Below, in pieces: positions 39,603 through 47,539 of a stretch of DNA of 64,000 bases (within the stretch, counting starts at the first letter, position 1; each line of letters begins with the position of its first letter). The notes below the pieces were generated by a model, which saw only the letters and a program-made list of their open reading frames with translations, made no database searches and was not told where the DNA came from. The translations under genes and the position numbers were made by a program. The stretch is taken from positions 1 through 64,000 of IMG/VR virus record IMGVR_UViG_3300009182_000043. The stretch is one strand, 5' to 3'. This stretch comes from a virus.

Positions 39603-40433
39603 ATGAGTATTGAAAACAACCCGTTAAAGCAGTATTTCCGCCGCCCAAGTATCTATTTAAAGTTACCTAGCGGGGGATTAGGGTATGAGTTTGGTGTTAT
39701 TGACATGCCCGAAACAAAAGAATTACCAGTGTATCCAATGACAGCAATTGATGAGATTACTAGCAAAACCCCAGACGCATTGTATAACGGATCCGCTGTT
39801 ACAGATATTATTAAAAGCTGTGTACCCGCGATAAAAGAGCCATGGAAAATAACCACAGTTGACTTAGATGCTATTTTAGTTGCAATACGTATTGCAACCA
39901 ATGGTAGCGAAATGGATATGGAAACTACATGCCCTAGTTGCAGTGAGGAAAGCAAATATGGAGTTAATCTAAGTATTGTATTGAATAGTTTCAAAGCAGG
40001 GGACTACGAATCAGGATTGACTCTCAATGATTTAAAAATTAAATTTAAACCATTAAATTATAAATCATTGTCTCAAAGTAGTGTGAGACAATTTGAAATT
40101 CAAAAAGCTATTATGTCAATTGACAGAATGGAAGATGGTCCTGATCGTGAAGCTAAATCAATGGATCTGTTAAAAGTTATAACCGATTCTACGTTAGATG
40201 TATTAGTCAACACGATTGATTATATTGCTACACCCGACGCAATTGTAAATGACCGTATTTTCATCGTTGAGTTTTTGCAAAACACAGACAAAAAGACATT
40301 TGAAACTATTAAAGACTATAGTGTCAATTTACGTGAAAGCACACAAACTAAACCCCTACAAATCAAATGCATACATTGTTCACATGAGTATGAACAATTA
40401 TTTACATTGAACGTAAGCGATTTTTTCGCTTAA
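39603..40433 (+). CDS. Baseplate hub/tail assembly chaperone, T4 gp26-like
   Basis: LKLPSGG, PMTAIDE, DLDAILVAIRIAT, two CxxC pairs (CPSC, CIHC), ends DFFA; RBS AGGAG. Confidence 0.75.
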   Translation: MSIENNPLKQYFRRPSIYLKLPSGGLGYEFGVIDMPETKELPVYPMTAIDEITSKTPDALYNGSAVTDIIKSCVPAIKEPWKITTVDLDAILVAIRIATNGSEMDMETTCPSCSEESKYGVNLSIVLNSFKAGDYESGLTLNDLKIKFKPLNYKSLSQSSVRQFEIQKAIMSIDRMEDGPDREAKSMDLLKVITDSTLDVLVNTIDYIATPDAIVNDRIFIVEFLQNTDKKTFETIKDYSVNLRESTQTKPLQIKCIHCSHEYEQLFTLNVSDFFA

Positions 40434-40463
40434 GGCTTCTATACCTCGATCCCGAGGGTATGG
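40421..40463 (+). other. Putative programmed -1 ribosomal frameshift signal
   Basis: In-phase heptamer T_TTT_TTC (40421-40427); -1 frame open into the 40460 ORF; downstream hairpin 40439-40463. Confidence 0.7.
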
Positions 40464-40657
40464 GTAAGCTGTTTGATGGAATGGAACGGGAGACTAAAGC
40501 TATTAAAAAGAACTCCGCAAGAATAGCTTGGTATATGCGTGGGGCGTTGACCTATGAGGATGTACTAAATCTTAGTCCAGACGAATTAAAATCAGTTAAT
40601 GAAATCATTGAAGAAAACTTAGAGACTACTAAGAAAACACAGATGCCGTTCTTCTAA
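40421..40657 (+). CDS. -1 frame extension of the chaperone (gp51-like small ORF)
   Basis: Reads FFRLRLLYLDPEG-MGKLFDG...WYMRG.LTYED...KKTQMPFF; no Shine-Dalgarno before ATG 40460. Confidence 0.7.
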   Translation, partial: FFRLRLLYLDPEGMGKLFDGMERETKAIKKNSARIAWYMRGALTYEDVLNLSPDELKSVNEIIEENLETTKKTQMPFF

Positions 40658-40711
40658 TCCATGGAATGTCATTTGATAATCTTAGGGTTAGTATTGTGTT
40701 CATTCATTGGG

Positions 40712-40804
40712 AGATGAACTGCGTTCATCTAAGTACTCGCTATCGCTCGTCCTTATTTGTTTTACGGTCTTTTAGTTTAATTAATTGTAATTTGTTTATT
40801 TGTA
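40712..40804. other. AT-rich tract with short hairpins, origin-like element
   Basis: Hairpin AGATGAAC/GTTCATCT (40712-40730); GAGCGATAGCGAG on the minus strand; strand-skewed AT tract ~40754-40808. Confidence 0.35.
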
Positions 40805-41172
40805 TTAAGGACTATATTGCCGCTTAGAAAGCCATGGTAGTGCTATTCAGCACTACCAATGGTAAAGGTATGTTTGCCATGCCCGTCGTCCATAGTCATC
40901 TATTCCCCGAATAATCGACTCTTTTTTGTCACTATTCGCCACCGGTTGCTCTGTAGGGTTTACTGGGTCTGTAGTTGAAGCTATTAGGTTCTGCCTAATT
41001 CTTCAGCAACGCATGTTACATATTCGCAAGATAAAGTAAAATATGTACTCATTGAAGGTTCGCTTTGACGAGAGCCTTCTCGGTGTTCCATGTTATTGCT
41101 AACATGCATACTCCAGAATCCAACGGCACAGCACAATCTGTACAGTCTCAAGGAGGACTTGCAACCAAGCCT
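40805..41172 (-). ncRNA. Putative large structured non-coding RNA of unknown family (~350-370 nt)
   Basis: No ORF; GC-richer than flanks; long-range 5'/3' closing helices plus at least 7 local stems; most G-U pairs and a GCAA tetraloop work on the minus strand. Confidence 0.65.
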
Positions 41173-41180
41173 ACGAATTT

Positions 41181-41741
41181 TTAAATATTAATAGTAAGTG
41201 TGGACTTTGTGTCTGTATTTTCAATTGACTTTGTGTCTGCTGAATATGTTTGTACTAATTTGGTATTGTGTTTAAAGAATAAATCGAATTCCATGAGGTA
41301 CCAATCACCAAACTTTTCGCTTCCGTAAAAGAAAAAATTATCGGTGATCCATGTTAGCTTGCATTGCACAGCAACATAACGACCCTTACGATTAAACTTC
41401 ATAAACAGAATGTTTAAATCGTCTGGATCGGCTACATCAAGTAGTTGTTCTAACCAAGAATCCAATATTTTGTGTTCACCTGATAATAACAAGTGAAAAG
41501 GAAAATCAGCGTAAAACTTGCATTCTACGTTCATCTTCGGAAAGCTTTGTCCGGGCACAATATCACCCTTAAAGCTACGAATCTGACCTTCATGTAGAAT
41601 CTGTGTTCTAGATTGATTCTTGCCACCAACGTAAGCACCGGAACCAGGGGCACGAATAAAGCTTTCACTATATTTTTCGCTTAGATATTTTGCGATTTCT
41701 CGCTCAAACCCTGATCCTTTGTTCTTACTCGGTGATGGCAT
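41181..41741 (-). CDS. PD-(D/E)XK nuclease, Holliday junction resolvase (Hjc-like)
   Basis: SKNKGSGFEREIA...RAPGSGA...GDIV...NVECK; likely start MPSPSK at 41741. Confidence 0.8.
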   Translation of the reverse strand: MPSPSKNKGSGFEREIAKYLSEKYSESFIRAPGSGAYVGGKNQSRTQILHEGQIRSFKGDIVPGQSFPKMNVECKFYADFPFHLLLSGEHKILDSWLEQLLDVADPDDLNILFMKFNRKGRYVAVQCKLTWITDNFFFYGSEKFGDWYLMEFDLFFKHNTKLVQTYSADTKSIENTDTKSTLTINI

Positions 41742-41748
41742 AGACATA

Positions 41749-41756
41749 TACTTATC
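41749..41756 (-). promoter_or_regulatory. Variant late promoter GATAAGTA
   Basis: One mismatch to the GATAAATA motif, 7 nt from ATG 41741. Confidence 0.45.
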
Positions 41757-41777
41757 TCTTGTGTGCAACTTTCAAAA

Positions 41778-43850
41778 TTATTCTACGTCTACTGCTGTAC
41801 TATATGTGGTAAAGCCATTTTCTTTCACGACTTTCAATACGCTAGGAACTCGTCCGGCTAATTCTTCACGATGACTAACAAGCCAAATAGACTTATGTCG
41901 TCTACGTGACATGTCCTTAAGAATAGCAATAGCGTTTTCAACACCCATTGTGTCTAGCCCACTGTCAATCAATTCGTCAATAAACAATGTATTGATTGGT
42001 GCATATAAGTTCTCCCAAACATCACGAAAAGCAAAACTCAAGCCTAGAATCAACCGATTACGTTCACCACGACTTAAATTGTCAAAGTCAAGTTCACGGC
42101 CCAACTCAGTAATTTCAACTGTTAAATCATTTTGAAATACTACTTGATGTGGTAAGCCAATCTTATCTAAGTAATGTGTTAAGCGACTATTCAAATATGA
42201 CAGATTTTGGTCAATGATTTTCTTACGTACAAAACTATCTTTGCTAGTTAAAATATCTAACAAAAACTTTTGATGTTCCATAGTCTTAGTTAGTTTATTG
42301 ATTGCTTCAAAATCAATTGCTTGCAACGCATTACTTTCCATCTCTGTAACCTGTTCAGCATATGGATCAGACTCAGCAGCCTTAGTTTCAATTTGCTGTA
42401 ACAACCCTGATACTTTGCTACGATGTTCAATCGCTTGTGCTTCTGTATCATAATGCGTAACTGGCATAGGACCCACTTCAACCGAGGTAAGTTCTGCTAA
42501 TTGTTCAGCATATGGATCAACTTCTTTTTCTTTTTCAAGAATCTTTGTACGAATGTTTTCTGCATCACTACCATGACGAATTGCTTCTGCTTCTGTCTTG
42601 TAATGTGTCTTAGGCTTATCTCCCAATACAATGTCTTTATCGTTTAATTCTTTTAATTGATTCAACAGTGTAGTAACATGAAATTGTGCATCTTCTAGCA
42701 TCTTTTCTTTATCTGCTAGAACCTTAGCGTGTTGTTCGTCATGGAAATCTTGACCGCAAGCATAACATTGATGTGCTAACAACTTTATAATTTCAACATT
42801 TAATTTCTCAATTAACTTGTTTTCTTTATCAATGTCCTTATTGATTCGTGCAACTTCTTTGTCTCTGTCTGCAATTTCTTTTGACTTGTTATTATACTCA
42901 ACCAAGGCACGATGTGCTAAGATTTCTTGTACGATATCTATTCTGGTTAGTTTTTCTGCTTGATTTAATAAGTCAGTAACATCTTTATCTTGCTTTTGCT
43001 TCCAAGCAGTTTGTCTAGCCAATAATGCATTATATGTATCTTGTTGTTTCTTCTTTTGATTCCAGATTACTAACTCTTTATGTGCTAGTAATTCACTATC
43101 AATATCAATTTGTGACAGTTCATCATATTGTGCAACTAAGTATGCTAAGTCATTTTCATGTTTCTTTTGCCAAAGCCCTTGTCTGCGCTTTAAACTTTCA
43201 ATTTGTTCTTTTACTCGCTTGTTGGCTTCTTCAATAGCTTTGACTTTAAATTCTTCACCTTGAATACTATCTTTAGTATCTTTCAACAGTACCTTAATTG
43301 TTTCTGCTTTTTCAGAAAGTAAAGTAATACCTAACAACTGTTCAATGATTTCACGTTGTTCGTTATTTTTTAATGCTAAAAATGGTTCTGAATATGTATT
43401 CAATGCTACGATATGACGAAACATGCTACTAGACATACACAATACTTTTTCAATTGCTACTTGTGTTTCTTTGTTCTCACCCTGTGCATCGTCCGTACCT
43501 TTTTGTAAATCATTATTTACATAAAATCGTAATAGATTTGGCTTACGACCACGCTCAATCTTATAGTCAATGCCACCAACACTGAATTCAAGTGTAACTA
43601 GCATACCCTTTCCATTTGTACGATTAACTAAATTATCTTTTCTGATACTGTTAATGGGTACACCAAACAATGCATATGATAGACCTTGAATAAGACTGGT
43701 CTTACCTGTACCATTACGAGCACCGTCACCACCTAAGTCTAAGTTCTCACCTAGAATAAGTGTTAAGTCTTGTCGGTTAAAATCAACTGCTTGTGTGACT
43801 TGACCAATTGATAGAAAGTTTCGTAATGTAATGTTCTTTAATAATATCAT
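41778..43850 (-). CDS. gp46: Recombination endonuclease ATPase subunit (Rad50/SbcC-like)
   Basis: Walker A NGTGKT; CYAC zinc hook; LSRGE signature; LFIDE Walker B; VSH. Confidence 0.95.
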   Translation of the reverse strand: MILLKNITLRNFLSIGQVTQAVDFNRQDLTLILGENLDLGGDGARNGTGKTSLIQGLSYALFGVPINSIRKDNLVNRTNGKGMLVTLEFSVGGIDYKIERGRKPNLLRFYVNNDLQKGTDDAQGENKETQVAIEKVLCMSSSMFRHIVALNTYSEPFLALKNNEQREIIEQLLGITLLSEKAETIKVLLKDTKDSIQGEEFKVKAIEEANKRVKEQIESLKRRQGLWQKKHENDLAYLVAQYDELSQIDIDSELLAHKELVIWNQKKKQQDTYNALLARQTAWKQKQDKDVTDLLNQAEKLTRIDIVQEILAHRALVEYNNKSKEIADRDKEVARINKDIDKENKLIEKLNVEIIKLLAHQCYACGQDFHDEQHAKVLADKEKMLEDAQFHVTTLLNQLKELNDKDIVLGDKPKTHYKTEAEAIRHGSDAENIRTKILEKEKEVDPYAEQLAELTSVEVGPMPVTHYDTEAQAIEHRSKVSGLLQQIETKAAESDPYAEQVTEMESNALQAIDFEAINKLTKTMEHQKFLLDILTSKDSFVRKKIIDQNLSYLNSRLTHYLDKIGLPHQVVFQNDLTVEITELGRELDFDNLSRGERNRLILGLSFAFRDVWENLYAPINTLFIDELIDSGLDTMGVENAIAILKDMSRRRHKSIWLVSHREELAGRVPSVLKVVKENGFTTYSTAVDVE

Positions 43851-44068
43851 TTTAATTTTCTAAAAAAACTGTCTTTGGATGATTTCTCAGCCTGCAACGT
43901 TCGTTCTATTATGCCTTCTAATTTCAGTTTAACTGAAATCAACGTCTTTTGTTCTCTTAAGCTACCTAAGTAAGAATGAGTATTAGTCAACTCAGATAAA
44001 GCAATACCTAAATGCTTGTTTACTTTAATCAACGATTCTAATTCTCTAACTTCTCTGGGTATCTTCAT
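43847..44068 (-). CDS. Hypothetical protein, 73 aa
   Basis: Overlaps the gp47 stop and gp46 start by 4 nt each, implying translational coupling. Confidence 0.7.
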   Translation of the reverse strand: MKIPREVRELESLIKVNKHLGIALSELTNTHSYLGSLREQKTLISVKLKLEGIIERTLQAEKSSKDSFFRKLK

Positions 44069-45078
44069 AGGTTATTGTAAATCTCTAACAAAATTCGTTT
44101 ATCAAATGTGTTTGATTCAATGCTGTTAATCTGGTCGATGACAATCTGGTCTACACTTTCAAACTTAAGACCATCAAATCCTTGATTCTCTCTTTGTTCA
44201 ACCTTCATAGGTATCAATGTCATCTCACGTAGTTTGTGTTCTGGTATCATAGTTTCACGTATGAAGTTTGCTTCTTCATAGCTAATATCAATATCAAGAT
44301 GTACTCTAACATGACTGTCAATTAATAGCAACCCTTCAGGGTTTTCTAAGATATCACTAAGTTTATGTACTCTAAATATGGGCTGTCTTGGCCAACTATG
44401 AAAGACTGGTTCAACTCCCCATTCCAATATCATCATGCCACGTGCATCATCACCTGCATCAGCATAGTTATGTGGGAAAGCATTACCGATATACCAAATG
44501 TTTTTCTTTGCTTGTCGTTTATGAAAATGCCCACTGAATACTTTATCAAAGCCAGTAAAATGTTCACTACTAATTTCACCATGATCGGGCATCTCTACCA
44601 TAGCATTCATGTAGAAACTTGGTAATTCAAAATGACCAAACATATATTTGCCAGATAATTTTTGAACTTTCTTATAGTCATCTTGTACAAGCCAAGGTGC
44701 AATAACAACATCACCTTGACTAAACCAATCATTAACGATTGTCACGTTAGGTAAATGTCTAGCCCATTCAACTGAATGAATGTCTCGCTTGTCTCTATAA
44801 TAAAGGTCATGATTGCCGGGTATAAAGAATACTTGGTCAAATGAAGCACTTAATTTCTCAAGTGCTTGTAGACCAAAGGTCAATGTGTGAATATTAATAC
44901 TAGCACGGTGATGATTGTAATCACCTAAAAAGAAACAGGTTTCACAACCCTCTTCTTTTGCTTTTTTAATAAACCAGTCTACAAAATTAGCACAGTCTTG
45001 ATTGTGCTGTAAACTGTTGCTCTTAAGTCCAAAATGAATGTCAGTAAAAACTGCGGCTTTTTTGAAAAGGTTAGTCAT
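44065..45078 (-). CDS. gp47: Recombination endonuclease nuclease subunit (Mre11/SbcD-like); start corrected to 45078
   Basis: DIHFG, LGD, GNHD, GHFE, SGHFH metallophosphoesterase motifs. Confidence 0.95.
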   Translation of the reverse strand: MTNLFKKAAVFTDIHFGLKSNSLQHNQDCANFVDWFIKKAKEEGCETCFFLGDYNHHRASINIHTLTFGLQALEKLSASFDQVFFIPGNHDLYYRDKRDIHSVEWARHLPNVTIVNDWFSQGDVVIAPWLVQDDYKKVQKLSGKYMFGHFELPSFYMNAMVEMPDHGEISSEHFTGFDKVFSGHFHKRQAKKNIWYIGNAFPHNYADAGDDARGMMILEWGVEPVFHSWPRQPIFRVHKLSDILENPEGLLLIDSHVRVHLDIDISYEEANFIRETMIPEHKLREMTLIPMKVEQRENQGFDGLKFESVDQIVIDQINSIESNTFDKRILLEIYNNL

Positions 45079-45084
45079 TCGTAT

Positions 45085-45114
45085 ATTATATAGGAAACGG
45101 AGGTGCAAAAGCAA
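45085..45114 (-). promoter_or_regulatory. Sigma70-like early/middle promoter
   Basis: TTGCTT-18 nt-TATAAT, 6 nt before the gp47 ATG. Confidence 0.6.
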
Positions 45115-45128
45115 CTCCGTTGGTTAAA

Positions 45129-46034
45129 TTATTCTTCGTAGACGGTAGAACTAGTTCCAACACCTTGGCGTGACCAGCTTGGATTAAGCCCGTTCATTTC
45201 TAAAATATCATCACGGATATTTTGATTGCGCTTTTCGGTGTTCAATACACGACAGAAACTATTAGTAATAGCCGCTGTATAATATGCAAATGGGTTTGCC
45301 GATTTAGCTTCATTGAAACGTAAGCCAACATATGTAAGTTGTAGAATGGCTGAATTACGCATCTCATCATTGTATGTGTACCCGCGCCAATTAAACTTCA
45401 TTGCGTATTTTTCACATAACATAATGTACATACGGGCAAGCTTGTTGGTGATATTTCCATGATCCTTACCAAACTCACCGTTTTCTAAATCACCTTTCCA
45501 ATGACTTTTTCCGATAACTCTGAAAGTGTTTGTGCTATCTAAGCGGAAGTGCTGAAACGGCGGGAAGTTGACTTTAACATGTACCATGTCGTCAACTTCT
45601 TTAGCAGTAGTAGGATCTTCTAAGTCAGCAAAAATCTCATCAGCATCGCCCTCGTATTCAAAGATATCTTTAGCAGTTTTCTTTTTGTCTACCTTACGTG
45701 GTTGTTTGGGTGCGACCGGAATATGATCCCAAGTCATTACTCTAAACACTAAGTCTGTTGTAGGAATAGATATTGGATCAGTCGTGCCTTTAGCAATACC
45801 CTGCTCAACATCCAATCTTTCAGCACGATTTTCACGTGCTAACTGAATGTTTTCTGGCTTGTATGCGTATTCTAAGCTTTGGGGAATGCTAGCTTGGGGC
45901 ATATCCACGATAAAATCATATCTATGGTCTGTGTCTGCTAGAAAAGTGCAATATGAGTTTTTGCTACTGTGAATCTCTTTTAAAATGTCTTTATTATTTA
46001 AATAATTTACTGGTTTTTTAGTTATGATAGTCAT
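45129..46034 (-). CDS. gp55: Late-transcription sigma factor
   Basis: YLNNKD, NWRGYTYNDEM, FNEAKSANPFAYYT...SF.R....EK motifs; adjacent to gp47/46 as in T4-like phages. Confidence 0.9.
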   Translation of the reverse strand: MTIITKKPVNYLNNKDILKEIHSSKNSYCTFLADTDHRYDFIVDMPQASIPQSLEYAYKPENIQLARENRAERLDVEQGIAKGTTDPISIPTTDLVFRVMTWDHIPVAPKQPRKVDKKKTAKDIFEYEGDADEIFADLEDPTTAKEVDDMVHVKVNFPPFQHFRLDSTNTFRVIGKSHWKGDLENGEFGKDHGNITNKLARMYIMLCEKYAMKFNWRGYTYNDEMRNSAILQLTYVGLRFNEAKSANPFAYYTAAITNSFCRVLNTEKRNQNIRDDILEMNGLNPSWSRQGVGTSSTVYEE

Positions 46035-46052
46035 AAGTGGTTAATGTTTCCT

Positions 46053-46088
46053 TGTTACAATTGTAACAGAATTGTAGACAAAAAGCAA
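46053..46088 (-). promoter_or_regulatory. Sigma70-like promoter with overlapping perfect palindrome
   Basis: TTGCTT-17 nt-TACAAT (extended TG); TGTTACAATTGTAACA palindrome at 46053-46068. Confidence 0.6.
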
Positions 46089-46131
46089 CTATTTTTATTA
46101 GGAAAAGGTAAAAATAGCACTTTTTAGTAGC

Positions 46132-46146
46132 GATAAATATATTTAG
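46132..46146. promoter_or_regulatory. Late promoter for baseplate operon plus abutting opposite-strand copy
   Basis: GATAAATA on + (46132-46139) followed directly by TATTTAG (CTAAATA on -). Confidence 0.6.
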
Positions 46147-46159
46147 TAAAGGTTTAAAT

Positions 46160-47236
46160 ATGGCAACGAATTATGGATTAACAGCACCTTCAGTAGCACC
46201 CGGCGAAGAGCCACTGGCTCAAACACAAAATAGTATACTGACTGCAATAAACACTGCTCCTGTGTCAAGCCCTGCACCGGTATCATATTCAATTTATTCT
46301 GAGGGTACCCCCAATTTGAATGCGATGTCTCTCAATCAAACTTCTAATACTCTCCCTGAAAATCCAAGTAATACTAATGCCGCACAAGAGACCCCAAATT
46401 TTAAAGTACCTGTATCGGGACTTCCTAGCAACGACTGGAGATTAACTCTAAAACTTGCACCCAATTCAACGTATTTGTATAACGCACCAGACCCCGGCAT
46501 TTTAGCTCCTTTAAAAGGTAAAGGAGTAATATTTCCATATACTCCTTCTATTAACATGAACTATACATCAAATTATGAACCAACTGATTTGACTCATAGC
46601 AATTATAAAATATATCAATACAAAAATAGCAGTGTAGGTGAAATAACTATACAAGGAGATTTTACTGCACAAGACACAAGTGAAGCAAATTATTTACTAG
46701 CAGTAATTCATTTCTTTAGATCCGCTACAAAAATGTTCTATGGTCAAGATAAAAATCCACCAAACGGAACTCCTCCCCCACTATGTTATCTAAGTGGGTT
46801 TGGACAGTATCAGTTTGATAAACATCCGGTAGCAATATCAAGTTTTAGCTATCATTTACCTGCTGACGTAGACTATATTAAGGCAGGGGTGTTGACAGGT
46901 CCTGGTTCCACTCCTAGCCAAGATGTAAAAACTTCCGAACCAAAAACTAAGGTTCCTCCTAGCACCAAGGTAGCAAATTTTGTATCAAATTTTGTCAGTA
47001 GTAAATTATTAAGATTAGAATCGTCTAAGTTAAAACCAAACGCAAAAATAGCAGATCCTGTATTTAAGGCAAATCAAATTGAATCACCTACTTATGTTCC
47101 AACTAAAATAAGCATTAATTTAACTTTATTACCAATCGTCAATCGTTACGATACAAGTCAGCGTTTCAGTTTAGAAAAATATGCAGAGGGAACATTATAT
47201 AGTGGTAGTTTATCTAACGACAAAGGTATTTGGTAA
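46160..47236 (+). CDS. Baseplate/tail-tube-initiator-like protein, 358 aa
   Basis: GVIFPYTP...HSNY...GDFTAQ...HFFRSATKMFYG...GTPPP; first gene of the baseplate module; function inferred from position. Confidence 0.55.
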   Translation: MATNYGLTAPSVAPGEEPLAQTQNSILTAINTAPVSSPAPVSYSIYSEGTPNLNAMSLNQTSNTLPENPSNTNAAQETPNFKVPVSGLPSNDWRLTLKLAPNSTYLYNAPDPGILAPLKGKGVIFPYTPSINMNYTSNYEPTDLTHSNYKIYQYKNSSVGEITIQGDFTAQDTSEANYLLAVIHFFRSATKMFYGQDKNPPNGTPPPLCYLSGFGQYQFDKHPVAISSFSYHLPADVDYIKAGVLTGPGSTPSQDVKTSEPKTKVPPSTKVANFVSNFVSSKLLRLESSKLKPNAKIADPVFKANQIESPTYVPTKISINLTLLPIVNRYDTSQRFSLEKYAEGTLYSGSLSNDKGIW

Positions 47237-47538
47237 TGGCATTATATAACGCATCTAGTCCATATCACGATTCAAGCATAGTGAATAATCAATTTTTGGA
47301 TATTATGGTCAACAGACCTATACCCAAAGACCCTATAGATATGTATTGGGAAATAACTCAAACATATCATTTACGTCCTGATTTATTGGCATACGACTTA
47401 TATGACAATGCTGGTTTGTGGTGGGTTTTTGCACAACGAAATCCAAATCGTTTAAAAGACCCACTGTTTGATTTTGTTGCAGGAACATCAATTTACTTAC
47501 CTCAAATGGCTAACATAAAACCCGCCCTAGGATTATAA
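47236..47538 (+). CDS. gp53: Baseplate wedge protein, gp53/LysM-like
   Basis: RPDLLAYDLY....WWVFAQRN motif; TAATG overlap with the upstream stop. Confidence 0.75.
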   Translation: MALYNASSPYHDSSIVNNQFLDIMVNRPIPKDPIDMYWEITQTYHLRPDLLAYDLYDNAGLWWVFAQRNPNRLKDPLFDFVAGTSIYLPQMANIKPALGL

Positions 47539-47539
47539 G

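Noticed and set aside
40805-41172. RNase P RNA, tmRNA or group I intron assignment for the structured region
   Set aside because: Lacks the GAGGAAAGUCC P4 element and tRNA-like tmRNA ends. AUAUAGUCC resembles a group I P7 strand, but no interrupted gene flanks it and it pairs well in the terminal helix.
28644-46034. Inteins, introns or homing endonucleases in core genes
   Set aside because: No insertion with splicing or LAGLIDADG/HNH motifs seen; the extra length of gp46 is explained by coiled-coil duplications.
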